Of a stretch of 64,000 nt of DNA, positions 1 through 12,785 are shown in pieces. Under the pieces are notes generated by a model. It made no database searches, had not been told where the DNA came from, and was given only the letters and a program-made list of their open reading frames with translations. The position numbers and the translations under genes were made by a program. Each line of letters begins with the position of its first letter. Within the stretch, counting starts at the first letter, position 1. Location: NCBI RefSeq assembly GCF_009914755.1, contig NC_060929.1. One strand, written 5' to 3'. The DNA comes from the human T2T-CHM13v2.0 reference genome, Homo sapiens.

Positions 1-941
1 ATGATTAAAATGTGATATTCTTTAGAAGTCATATTTTTCTGGGAATTTTTATGTTATTAGGTGTGTCTAATTTATTATTATTTTTTACTATTGCTATGAC
101 AGACCTAGTGCTATGAGAGAAATTAGCAAGAGGATAACATAGCAAAATAGGAGGATTTAGCTCAGCATGATGGTTTTAAAAAGCTAAGGAAGTCACTAGG
201 AGAAATCAGAGGTTACCTTCTCGATTTCAAAGGAAAAACAGACATTTGCCAGGCCAAAAAATAATGGGGAAGGAGTCAGCTAGTAGAACTGCTATATTCT
301 ATTGATATGTGCAGACATGATATTTATGAGGAATATTAGAGCAAAAAGAGTTTTTTTTAAAAAAAAGAATTTAAGAATGTGGATACATCATCCTGAAAAG
401 TAGGTAAGAAGACTAATCACAAAAATCAATGCTGCAAAACAGTTGGCCTATATTCTGAAAGTGTTGGGGTTGGGTGGTGAGGAGGTGACGATTGGCGTTT
501 ATAAAGAAAAAATGAAACAACTGAACTCTGAATTCTCAAAACACCAGTCTGGAGGAATTGTGGAGTACAGATTGCAGAACCCTGAGACCACAAGAAACAG
601 AACTAGGCATGATGCTAAGAGAGGCATCAGAAACGGCAAACAGGGGGCAAACTATGCCTATAATTAAGATTATAAATAAACGTTTTCTTTAAATTTAGAA
701 AAATGATGCATTCATTTACAAGGACAGCTCTTAGATATTGAAATGGCTTCATATTGGAGGGTAAAAAAATCTTTGCAGGTTTAGCTGGTTTACTGAATTA
801 CCTCGACTTGGCTTCTAACCAGAAACTGACCTACTATTAACCCCTTGATTTATTTGCATATGCTTTGTGGGAAAACACATTTTTTTTTTCAGCTTCTGAA
901 TAAAACCTCAGACATCTCTTAGTTTTTTAGATACCAATATA

Positions 942-1022
942 TTAGGTTGTTGCGAAAGTAATGGCGGTTTTTGCCTTTACTTTTAAATGGCAAAAACCGC
1001 CATTACATTTACACCAACTTAA
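942..1022. mobile_element. MADE1 (Hsmar1-derived MITE), miR-548-type hairpin
   Basis: 81-bp near-palindrome TTAGGTTG...CAACTTAA flanked by TA on both sides (940-941, 1023-1024); matches recalled MADE1 consensus; 18-bp perfect stem 958-975/989-1006. Confidence 0.95.
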
Positions 1023-2240
1023 TAATACTTCTTCCTTGCTTAGGGATTAAAAGTTCTGAACCAGGGTAGTCATTGCATAGCAACAATCGAGTCTAGAATA
1101 GCAGACCCTGAGCTTGAGTCTTTTTTTTCTCTCTCTAATCCCTAGTTAGCGGCTATTTCAGAACCATTCAGAATAAGACCTAGAAGAAGGGGAGGATTTG
1201 CTAAAAGCTGCACAGTCAAACATGGCCGAGTTCACTGTAATCACGGGTTGGTACCCTCTCTGTGGTTGATGTATCCTTGCTGAATCTTTCTCAGGTACCA
1301 TTTTTGTGGATTCTGACATACCCCACTAGTGACCTGTGACTGCATTCACCTTCACCTAGACAATGTCCAGCCCATTGGTGGCACCTTACTTAGAACTTCT
1401 TGATCATCTTTTACATCAAAGAAATCTGGCACTTCTCTCACTGAAGGTTCTTTTAAACTTCCAGGCAGTCCCCTAGAGAAAGATCCCCCCAGGCCATCTC
1501 ATTTTGCTGGTGGTAGAACACATACATCTTGTTGCAAGTCAAGCCTGGGCTTTCTGTCTCTTCCACCATAGCCTGTGCTGTGTAGCCTCTCCTATCAACT
1601 CCTAGGATCCTTAAGCTCCAGTGAGCAAGGTACATTCTTGTGATGGCCTGCACTTGGCTCAAGGTAAACGGGAGAATTCCATGCCTTTGCCTGAGAAGGG
1701 ACTAGAGGAAGTGAGTGAGTGATGGGCACTATGCTGCCACTTCTCACCAATAAGGCCCTCTTTATCACATTTTCAAGCATAATCTCTTGTAGAAGAGGCT
1801 GGAGTGTGACTTGTTAATGTTTCCCTAACTAGAGCTGAGTCATTTATTTTGCCCATAATGTGTATAAATCTCATACTTCTCATCACAGGGAAGTACAACA
1901 AGGCATTATTATTTTGTTTAGTCCTCAGCCTTTCTTTAGCAGCCTCTGCAGAAACTTTGAGGGAGAAGGATGGGACTCACGTACAGCCCTGTAACAGAGA
2001 ATTTTAAAAATAGAATGGGTGCATTTTGGTCTTGGGTTTAATTATTGCATGTTTGATGGAGTTATGATGATAAGAGCAAGAAGAGGTGATAGCACTTCTA
2101 TAATACTCTTTTCCTTGTTTTGTATTACATAACTAAAAAGTGAAAATCCTGTCTACACCAGTATATTTGAAACTACAATATGTTATATGCCAATATATGA
2201 AATCTGATTATATGCATGCATACATGTATAAATGCATATG

Positions 2241-2987
2241 TGAACTGGAAGAGGTCCTTGACTCCCTTTGCAGGATGTGTCACAGACGTGTGGCTCATCT
2301 GTTTAGCCGCTGTGCATTCAAACCCCTTACAGGAGAGGGAGCACGCAGACAGGCGGGTTTAAGAGCTGGGGAAAGTGCTATTGGGCTCCGGCCCCATGGT
2401 AGTGTCAAGGGGTGGTGCCTACGACTCCTGAAGCTCCAGTGGGCATGCTACTGTGCTCTTTTAGCTTTGCTGCTCACTGATGGCTTAAGTGATAACCAGC
2501 TCAGTGCCCTCTTGGTACCCAGGTTCTTGTCTGGTGTCCAGGAAGAATCAGATCACACAGACAAACTGAAGGATGGTAAAGGCAGGGGATTTTATTCCCG
2601 GAGGGAGGTAGCTCTCAGCAGAATGAATGGGAGCTGGAAAGGAGATGGACTAGGAAGATCATCTTCCCCTGGAGTTTGACCATCTCACAGCCATTCTCCC
2701 CTCCAACCATCCCCTGCTGAATTACTCTCGACATTCAGACACTCCTCTGCCATGCTGCTCTTCTGCTTCTGTGCTCATCTGTTCAACCATGCGTCTGCTC
2801 ATGGAGCCTGGGGTTTGGAGTTTATATGGGTACAGGATAGGGGGGTGTGGCAGGCCCAAAAGCAACATTTAGGCACAAAAGCTGGAATGCCAGTTCGCAC
2901 TTAGCGCTGCAGTTTTCTAGGCTTGAGAGTGGGGCCTTTGCCAGGGAACTGCCCTCTTTTACCCAGTATTTCCCTTCCTCTGTAGCA
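2241..2987 (-). mobile_element. Solo ERV1 LTR, LTR27/LTR28/MER52 group
   Basis: TG...CA termini with 4-bp TSD TATG (2237-2240, 2988-2991); minus strand has GGGAAATACTGGGTAAAAGAGGGCAGTTCCCTGGCAAAGGCCCC and CCTATCCTGTACCCATATAAA typical of this family. Confidence 0.8.
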
Positions 2988-3223
2988 TATGTGTCTGGAT
3001 TTCAATATATATTGATACATGTATATGTATATGCATACCACATCCTGCATATGTGTCTATGTATATGTACATGTATCTATATACACACATTCCATGATGA
3101 TAAGATATAAATATTATCTACTCAAGAAGAATTGCATTTGAAATCATCTTTTAATATCAACCTTTGCATTTAATAATTATATGCATTTGTGCATTATAGA
3201 CATTAGAGTTGTTAGAGTTGTTG

Positions 3224-3253
3224 CATTAGTGAATATATATATATTCACTAATG
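3224..3253. repeat. Perfect 30-bp palindrome with (AT)n centre
   Basis: CATTAGTGAATATATATATATTCACTAATG equals its own reverse complement. Confidence 0.9.
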
Positions 3254-4678
3254 TATCAGTAATATATATATATTTAAAATAAGGAAGAGAGTTTCTATCT
3301 AAACTATCTTAAGATTGATTTTATTTAATATTTGTGGAATAAATGTATTGTTTTGTTTATTAATATATTTGGAAATATTTAAATCCTGTTGTCATATTTG
3401 TCAATGTTTTCTTTCTCTCATATTTAGTAAACTAACTCTGCGTATCATCTACATACAGGCAATGGCATTTGGATATGTCACACTAATTAAGTGCTACATT
3501 GGATGTCTCCTCTTAAGTTTTCCTCCTGAATATTTGATATAAGCCTTTCAAACTGCAGGGAAAAGTGACAACAAACCCCAGAGCTACACTCTGTGATTGA
3601 GAGAATCAGTTATCCCGGTGTCTCTGGAAGCAAAATCAATTCATGTGTTCTGTCATCCTTAGAAAGCACTCTCTAACAGGCTGTCAGCAATAAATTTTAC
3701 AGGATTTCCCCAAAGTCAATTGCTTCTTCTATTTGGGATTAAGATGAAAGCAAATTGATTCTGCCCATACACAGAGGAAGCACGAGAGAAGAGATACTTT
3801 TAGTCTACTCACTTCTTTTTTTTTTTTTTTTTTTTTTTACTGACAGACTTCTCTTGCCACACTAATGTAAGGTCCTTAGTAATTGAAATTCTGGCTGTGA
3901 AATATACTCAGGCATAACCAACTTGAATGCAATTTCCCTTAGAGTTACCTTCCATGCAAGTAGGCAGGAAATTTACTTCTGAGTAACTTATTTCTGAACA
4001 CATTAAAAAATAATCATAAGGCAACTCTTTTCAGTATTTTAACTGGAATGACTGCCAAGATATCATATTCAATTTGATTTTACCATATCTTCTAAAGTCT
4101 AGTGATAATAATAATTCGTGTTTTTTCTTTAATCAAATTTAAAACATTCAGAATCAACATTTAACTTTTTTAAATCATTTTTTTCTTAAAATGTAATTTT
4201 GTAATTTTTGTAGTAGATAGAGATGGCATATTAAAATTAAAACTACCATAGGTGGATTATGCTGGCATTTAATCAAGTGTTATTGAGTCTGACTCTAGAA
4301 AAAGTGTCAGTTTAGAAATACATTTTCTTATTTCGTTTGGACAGCTTAGAAATGTAGATGAGTTTAAGAAAATTATTCCAGCTGAACTAGAATTAGAACT
4401 TGTTAAAGGTCTATAAATATATAAAATGTCAGGTGGGAGTGACCAAAAGTTGCACTTTTGGTGCAAACAAGCAAACAAAGAAAAATAGAAACTGATGACA
4501 TATTGTAAAAACCACTAGGTTTCTGTTGACAAATATTTATACAGGTTTCTGATCTCAATTTTGATGTTTATACATAGAGTAACAATTGAAATGTATGTTT
4601 GTGAAGTACTAAAGGGTGCCCAGTGCTAGGTTAAATTCCAAGCAGAACATTATATGTCTAGATTGAAATGCCAATTTA

Positions 4679-4732
4679 CTCTCTCCCTCTCTCTCTCTGT
4701 CTTTCTCTTTCTGTGTGTGTTTGTGTGTGTGT
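4679..4732. repeat. (CT)n/(GT)n compound microsatellite
   Basis: Direct reading. Confidence 0.8.
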
Positions 4733-6159
4733 CGGTGGGAGAAAACCATTTATTTATACAACTACCTACTAGCAAGTTGGGATAAAATTGAAATATAAAC
4801 AACATGGTATGGGAATGAAGAAGCAGGCAATTAACTATATTGTGAGGTTTGGTGAAAATAATATTAGTCTTAGGTCTTACAGGATATGTAACATATTAAA
4901 AATCAAGGTTAGGACAGTGCTAATCATTTCTTGTAACATTTATAAAATCTAATCAGAATCTAGTTAATTAAACTTGTACTCTCTTGTGTCATCAATTACA
5001 GTTTGCTACCAAATTTGTTCAAAGCTTTTGTGTATACATATAAGATTTTCACTTGGGAGGGAATGTGATAGAACAAAGAAGAATAAAAACTTGTGATTAA
5101 AAATAATCATTTAACATTCAAAGTTTTAAAATCAATTAATCTGTATTATGTGAAGATAAAAATATAAAAGTTTTTCAGTAACATTAACTCTCCAATAAAA
5201 CTTCAAAAAATAAATCACACAATCCAAATTCGGTAGAACCAACGACTTCAAATGTCTCAATATAAAGCAGTATAAGGAATTCATATATCCTTAGAAAAGA
5301 AGGGTTTTAGATATTATTTGAAATACAGTTTGAAATTTATAGAAATATTTATCAATTTGTTTTTAATAAATAGGTTTATACAGTTGCTGTTACTAATAAT
5401 CCATGGTCTCTGAAGTAATTTAAAGTTTCATTTTTTTAATTGTAAAATTGAAAACACTTGATCTAAAAATACACACTTTTAGTTTTGCTGAATTAGATTT
5501 AAATGTATTTTCCAATTGAAAAGCAAAATATCATTAATTTCTATAAAACATCTTCTCTTTACAAGAACTAGGCTCTAAAACAACCTGAAAATCCATAACT
5601 TATTCTCCTCACTCTAGGAAGCACATGTTTCTTGGACTAGGTGAGGAATAGTAATTTCCCCTGCAGGACTTTGGTTCTCTTCATTCTTAACAGAAAGTCT
5701 GCAGTTTGCCTTTAGGAACTGTGTGCCAGCGGCTAAGATTTTGAACATGAGGGCCTCCTTCAATGGACAACTCTTAGTCCTGGCATAAGAGGGCCACCCC
5801 AGGATAAATTACACTGGAGGAAATTGACGATGCTTTGTATCTAGAATTTAATCTCTCTGATCACTAAAACAATTCTTATATTCAAAATTGATGCTGATAT
5901 TACAAAGATTTCTAAATTAATATATGATTAATCTCATATATCAAAGTTATCTCTTTATTATTTATGCAATTTTCTTGTATATTTTTAAAATTTAGCAGCT
6001 ATATTTGCATTTTTATATAGATATTATCCTTTTTACATGTAACATAAGAGCTAAAAAGACAATGATCTTTCCTTCAAAGAATTATAGCATGTCTATCTCA
6101 TGTCAACACATAAAAATTATTTTTAATTAAAACTCATGGTTTGTTAAAATGATGACTTA

Positions 6160-6380
6160 CTGCAACATGGACTCTTGAGCAAAGCAGGTTAAAAAACTGC
6201 ATTGGATTGCAATCTGTGTGCCTCTAGACAAGTTTTCCAAAAAGATCTAGTTTCCCAAACTCTAAAAGGAGAATAACAGTATTCTATTTCCAATACTTCA
6301 GAGTACTTATTTACATAAAGTATTCAAAGTGTGTGTGAAACTGTTTGAGACATCTGAGGCACCCATGGTAATTGTTGTTA
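6160..6380 (+). mobile_element. MIR fragment (degraded)
   Basis: Core-like tgtgtgcctctagacaagtt...agtttcccaaactctaaaaggagaataacagta; boundaries approximate. Confidence 0.55.
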
Positions 6381-6473
6381 ATACTTTTAATTTTATAACT
6401 GCCTATAATAAAAAGTACCAAGCACGAGTAAACTGATTTTATCTAGCACACTTATTTGATACTTTTAAACTTC

Positions 6474-6926
6474 TTTTTTTCTTTTTTTTTTTAAATTATA
6501 AATTTTAGGGTACATGTGCACAACTTGCAGGTTTGTTACATATATATACATGCGCCATGTTGGTGTGCTGCACCCATTAACTCGTCATTTAACATTAGGT
6601 ATATCTCCTAATGCTATCCCTCCCCACTTCGCCCACCCCACAACAGGCCCTGGTGTGTGATGTTCTCCTTCCTGTGTCCATGTGTTCTCATTTATTCACA
6701 AGAGCAAAGACTTGGAACCAACCCAAATGTCCAACAATGATAGACTGGATTAAGAAAATGTGGCACATATACACCATGGAATACTATGCAGCCATAAAAA
6801 ATGATGAGTTCATGTCCTTTGTAGGGACATGGATGAAGCTGGAAACCATCATTCTCAGCAAACTATCACAAGGACAAAAACCCAAACACTGAATGTTCTC
6901 ACTCATAGGTGGGAATTGAACAATGA
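6474..6926 (-). mobile_element. Truncated L1PA4-like insertion with 5' inversion (twin priming)
   Basis: Poly-T plus L1 3'UTR on minus (6474-6692) joined to plus-oriented ORF2 end/3'UTR (6693-6926, ...WHIYTMEYYAAIKNDEFMSF); 17-bp TSD TGATACTTTTAAACTTC at 6457-6473 and 6924-6940; diagnostic catttaacattagg. Confidence 0.92.
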
Positions 6927-7358
6927 TACTTTTAAACTTCTAAAATATTTATAAAATATATTAACCTCTGTATTTTAGAAAGTCGTTTATATTTATAAGT
7001 CAAATCAATTGTCCTTCTACATTCTATAATTAAATAATAACTGCCACCACCATCAAGAGAAGTAATTGTGGAAAAAATGAAAACACAAGTGCCTTTCTCA
7101 ATGCTTTGTTAAATTACGTTCAATTAAAATGATTCTGAACATTTATGGCATGGTTTTGGATTAATGTCAAATGATTATCAAAGCAAATGACTATCAAAAT
7201 AGTTAAATTACTATATGTGGATCTCATATTAAACAAATAGTAAATAAGAAAATCTAAAACACTTGGGAGTTTGATCAGTATGAGATGTGTCTGTATCTGC
7301 AGTACCAATTCTAAATTTTTAAACACTGTTGAAAGTATTAAATATGAGAGTGCCAAAT

Positions 7359-7733
7359 TATTATGGTTTGAAAGTTTGTGTCCCTCCAAGATTTACATTG
7401 AAATTTAATCTCTAATACAATAGTATTAAGAGGCGGGGCCATTAGGAGATGATTAGATGATGAGTGCTGCACCCTTATGAGCGGGATTAGTGCCCTCATA
7501 AAAGTGTCTTCACATAGCTTTTACCTCATTGGCCCTTCTGCCTTCTGCCATGTGAGGATGCAGTAACAAGGCCCCATCTTGGAAGCAGAGTACTTGAGCA
7601 CTCACCATATACTTCACCTGCTGCCACCTTGATCTTGGACCTCCTAGCCTCCAAAATGGTGATAAAATAATTTTCTTAAATAAATTACCCAGTCTCAGGT
7701 ATTTTGTTATAGCAGCACAAATGCACTATGACA
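7359..7733 (+). mobile_element. MaLR solo LTR (MSTD/MLT1A-like)
   Basis: Starts tatggtttgaa..tgtccctcc; contains gccatgtgagga and cttgatcttggac; ends taaattacccagtctcaggtattttgttatagcagcacaaatgcactatgaca. Confidence 0.85.
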
Positions 7734-7932
7734 AATATGATACTAGTTCTTTAGCAAATTTATAAATTATCAAGCTGTTGATGCTGTTGAAGTGATGTTA
7801 AAAGAATTTGAGAATCTTATAACAAAATCACAAGCTAAAATGTTTCAATTTTACCCTTTATCCTGTCAACATGGATAAAAATAAACCCCAGTTTTCAAAT
7901 TTCTAAGCATTTAAGCCATTCTCTTCACAAGA

Positions 7933-8219
7933 ATACGTGTATGTTCAACTGTTTCAGTTTCTATAAGTCGTTTTAAAATGTAACTAAAATAATTTTTGCC
8001 TCATTATGAACATTTTTTCATTTTTTGCAGTGAAACACTGAGAATGAATAATAAATATGTTGAATAGGCAACATACGTGAACGTTCAACTCTTTCAGTTT
8101 CTATAAGTAGTTTTAAAATGTAACTAAAACAACTTTTTGCCTCATTATGAACATTTCTCATTTTTTACAGTGAAACACTGAGAGTGAATAATAAAGATGC
8201 TGAATAGGCAACATACGTG
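7933..8219. repeat. Tandem duplication of a 140-bp unit (2 copies)
   Basis: Copies 7933-8072 and 8073-8212, roughly 90% identical by eye; ATACGTG at 7933, 8073 and 8213. Confidence 0.95.
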
Positions 8220-8631
8220 AACCTGCCAAAGAATTACCACAATCAGTAATTGTATATTTCCCTAAGGAGAGATTAACGCATACTCAATCACGCCTGCTGA
8301 AAGATGCCATCAATTCTGTCATAAGAAGCTAAAATTCTCAAAGCCAATGTATATTATTTACAGTTTCTTTTACTTGGTTGTGCTTAAATGTGTAATAAAT
8401 TGCATATACATTTCGGGCTGTACTATAAGCTCATTTGTCTTCAATTTTCTTTTCTGACTTCCTCAAATATGAAGTTAAATGCTTAAAGAATCGTAGGGAA
8501 AATTATCAAGTTTAGTTAAACCAAGAAGGCAGAGTCTGTAGAAGTTTCTGTGTTTTGGTTTATTTATTTTTAAAATCACTGAGGCACTTGCATCAGTGTA
8601 AGTGTATGTGTGTGTGTTGTATAATACATAG

Positions 8632-8786
8632 CTAGCACTTTGATTTCAGCTGTGTGAGAGGCTAAGCAGAGGCCTCAATGTAGCCACCTGGACTTCTGAC
8701 CTTCAGCACTGTGAGGCAAGAGATGGGATTGTTTCAAGCCTGAAAGTGTGTGGTAATTTGTTAAGCAACAATAGAAAACTAATACT
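8632..8786 (+). mobile_element. MLT1 (MaLR) LTR 3' fragment
   Basis: cttgatttcagc..tgagag..ctaagcagag, ggacttctgacc, tgtggtaatttgtta..gcaacaatagaaaactaatac. Confidence 0.75.
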
Positions 8787-11700
8787 AATACAATAACGGT
8801 GAAAAAAAAAGAGAAAACTGAGAATAAAAAACTCATTTTCAGTGGGAAGACAAAAACCAACCAACCAATCAAAGAAAGAAAAAAACAAAAGACAAAGATA
8901 AAACAGTAGATCTTGTGACAAGCATATCGATTACACCACTATCCATTAGGCTTTGAAAAAAAAAAGTTACATTTACATAGCTAATTATATTAGCACTTAT
9001 TTTCTGATCCCTTTAATTTTCTTTTACTTTTTGAGTTTCCAAATAAACATCCCAAAACATATTAGAGCCAATTATTTTAAGTTTATAATAAGACTGGAGT
9101 TTTTGGACAAATTTTATTTCTTAAGGCACTTTTGTAAAAAATAAATACCAGTGATAGTATTTACCCATCTAATACTAGTGATAGTAATGTACTGGTGATA
9201 ATCTTGGTGTGCTTGTAAATCAAAAAGAAATACAATATGTTAAATATATAAATGATACTTGATAGAACATAATATTTTTCTTTTAAAATAAAATAATATT
9301 TAACTTTCTTCTCTTTTTCACATATTGCCTTTTAACAAAACTAAGGAGAGGGTATATGCAAACAAAGATAATTAGTAAAGTAAGATTTCGAAGCAAATTC
9401 TAATACTACTAGTTATTTTGTGAAACTCTCATATTATAAAATAAAATAAAAAATACAGTGTAATATCCAGAATGACCTGTTCTTTCTCTTTTAAAAAGTG
9501 GAACAAAGTTTTGAGGACAAGGATCTTATCAAAGTTAATGCCATATTTTGGAGATGAGAAAAACTCTACAGGGAAAAATGAAACCTTTCTAAGAGCCTGA
9601 CCCATATACACTCAAGCTCAGATAGAACAGTGAGCAATGAATTTACCCTCCGCTGTCTATCCTTAAATTTGGGGAATCACATAATGTTTGGTCACCCATT
9701 TAGAAGTGCTGGGGTTAGACTGCAGGTTTGTCAGAAGCCATAACTCAGAGGGGAAGATACAATAAGTCAGCCTTTTTCATTTACTTCACCTCAGGAGAAC
9801 AAAATAATTCATAACGAGCATGTCTCAGCTCAGACTGAAATTCAACTGTGTTAACATGACCGTGCCCATAGGGTGAACTAATGGCAATGCGTGGGTTCTG
9901 CTAAAACACAGCCACCATGTGGCTTACCTTTTTCACTGATTTTTTTTTTACATTTTTTAAAGATGACTTTTTTTTTTTTTAAACAGCGTATATGTACAAA
10001 GGTTTTAAATCCCTAACAAAGATATATATTCTTTTAAAAATCGGTCATTTTACTTGCGTCCCATTTTTGAGATGCTGATGTTGCATCTTTAGAATTTCTC
10101 TTGATATTCCGGCATTTATTTTAGGCCAACATGTTCTTCATACGAATAGGGGTGCTGATGAAATGCACGAAATATTTTGAGGGCATAAGAAACAAGAAAA
10201 ATTGGGTCATCTACTCTCAGAGTGTTTTTCTCACTGTGCATAAAGAAGGTAAATATAACCATACAAAAATTCTTGCTGTGACTTTATGCTTCAATACCAT
10301 AGATATGTAGTTTATCACCTGAAAAGTACGTAATTGTACAGTTTATATTATCTCTGCATTTTAGTTCCAGTAGCTTGGGATGTCTTGTCCTGTTTGATAA
10401 AATAATTAAAATGTCTTTTTTCTAACTATCTAGTCTGTCTTTACTATGCAATTAATAACAATCTGATGAGCCACAAACCATATATGTGCAGCACTACATC
10501 TGGCCTATTTTTCTGTATCTGTGCAGTAATTATGAGCTTTTCTTTTACTCATGACTTGTATAGTGTGTGAAATTAAGGCAAAAATGTGCAGACTAAAACA
10601 ATGTATGACTGAATTTAAAATTATAGCACTCTGTACCAATTCTTTCATTTCCATAACAAATAAAATACTACGTACGTGCGAATAATAAGTAGGTAGGCCT
10701 AGCTTATAATTTAAGCTAAGCTGTTATAATTTAAGAAACAATACAAAGTGAACAAAGGTGACTGAATAAATTGGTTAGAAAAGTTTAGGAGAATAAATAT
10801 GCCCGCTTAAAGTTCCTGTTTTGTTGTAAGAGATGAGAAAACGTCACATTAAACTCTGAGAAACTGGAAATTACACAAAAGTACTCATTTAACAACGTTC
10901 TTTTTTCCCCAAATATTTACATATTACAATAATGCAACTATGCATTAAAGATAATAAAATTAATGCTTTCAAAAATGTTTCCCTTCACATTGCTAATGGA
11001 CATTTGTGGAACCTTCCAAATAACGACAGAATTTTATCACAGGAAAATGCTTTAATGAGAAAAAAAATGTTCTATCCCCCTGCAAAATTCTATTTTTAAA
11101 GTTTTATCATGTATTTTTGCAATAATTTCCAATATATAAAACCTATACTGATACTAACTGCTATTTGTACATTTATATGAACCTGTTTATTCCTTCTGTT
11201 TTCAAGTTTTGTAATAATGATCAAATCTTCTTAAATATATGGAAATTCATTGAGAGTGATTTGAGTTTGAGTGTCTGTATACATACATCTATATTTTTAG
11301 CTTGCTAGAGAAGACCTGAAGGCAATTTTAAGTTAATACTCTTCTAAGTCAGAATTTTCCAAGTGAAAGTTGGAGAAACCAAATCCTGAGAGATAATCTC
11401 TGAAGGAATGAAAATGAGACCGTTTTGCCATGATTCCTGGGTTCAGTAAGGAAAATGGAAACTACCACATCTCCTGCTGGATGATTTCACTTTGTATTAC
11501 TATTTTAGGCACTGAAAATCCTGCACACACTACTTAACTCTAATTCTCAACTTATTTGACTAGTGTACATATTTTTCATTTAAATAAATTTATTAATATT
11601 CACACGCAATATTTTTAAAAATGATATCCGGTGTTATATGATGGAATTATTTCTTTGGGGAAAAGATTATATTTATCCTTGCATAAGATACACTTAAAAG

Positions 11701-12289
11701 ACTTTTTTTTTTAATTTAGATATTCCAGTACCATAAGTTACACATGTAGTTTAGGAAATTGTTAAGAGGAAAAAAGTTTAAATAGAAAAAATATTTTATA
11801 AGAAGATGACGGGTTTATATAACAGTAGAGTACATTATTAAAATAGTACTGTGCAAAAATGTCTATAAACTGCATTAATCCCTGTGAACTAAATTGGATT
11901 CAGCAACACTAAATTATTAATCATGTTAATCTAATTATAATATAACATGAAATCTTCAAAAATGTAGTGACAATTAGTTTAAATTTCTATTTGACATTCA
12001 CTCATAGTAGCCCTTTCAACAATCAGAGAAATTTGTTCCAGAGAAAATAATATTCATGGACACTCAACATATCCTTAATTAATGCTCCATGATCAAATGG
12101 TCCTATGGGAAAATTAATGTGAAACTCAAGATAAATTTCTAGCAAAATTTAGAAGCACTCTATAAACTCATCACCCCTGTAATTTGTGATTATTGCATTT
12201 GTGATTCATATGATTCATATACTGACATAGAAAGCTGATGAAATATGTATATTAAGCAAAATTGAGATAAATTATGGGTTCGCTAAATC

Positions 12290-12520
12290 AAAATTCAATC
12301 TCAGTAAAAAACAAACAAACAAAAGCCTGACTGTAAGGACAAAAAATATTGTGAAATACCAAAACCTGGTATAAATAAATCAACTACATAAATTATATTA
12401 ACAACCCAAATATATATGCAAAGACGTTAAGAATATTTAGTTAAATATAAATTCAAATGAGTCTCCCCTATAATTTGGCCATCAAAAATCCTGGTGCCAG
12501 TTCAGGTTGCATTGGAATAA
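12290..12520 (+). mobile_element. Probable L3/CR1 LINE fragment
   Basis: aaagac...ttagtt..atataaattcaaatgagtc...tggccatcaaaaa...caggttgcatt resembles the CR1 ORF2 3' region; highly decayed. Confidence 0.4.
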
Positions 12521-12785
12521 GCTAACATTTATTCAATGTATTCTATGCATGAGATAAAATTCTATGCCCCTCACTGCATTAAATCAGTTGTTATTCAAAA
12601 TACACTTACGGGGTTGGTATCATGATCTCCATTTTAGAGCTCTTAAAACTAAGGCATAAAGAATCTCTTTAATTTTCCTGCAGGTCAAGGACCATGTCAG
12701 TTTTATTTACATCTCTGTATATCCACTTGTAGAATAAGGACTGACGTAGAGTTGCGGACTTCATGAATATATTTGAAATAATACA
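12520..12785. mobile_element. MIR (minus) followed by L2 3' end (plus), degraded
   Basis: gctaacatttatt...ctccattttaga...aaactaaggca (MIR), then aggtcaaggaccatgtc..ttttatttac..ctgtatatcc...gaatatatttgaa (L2 tail). Confidence 0.5.

Noticed and set aside
1150-1830. Moderately GC-rich block with faint ERVL-internal resemblance
   Set aside because: No convincing motif or LTR boundary; cannot assign by eye
2140-2679. 179-aa ORF
   Set aside because: GTG start, lies mostly antisense within an LTR, no recognisable domain
3816-3870. Poly-T followed by CAG, acceptor-like
   Set aside because: No coding continuity or strong paired donor
9923-10014. Possible 85-bp minus-strand exon (ttgttag ... AAG|gtaagc)
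   Set aside because: Low-complexity A-rich content and weak acceptor; needs transcript evidence
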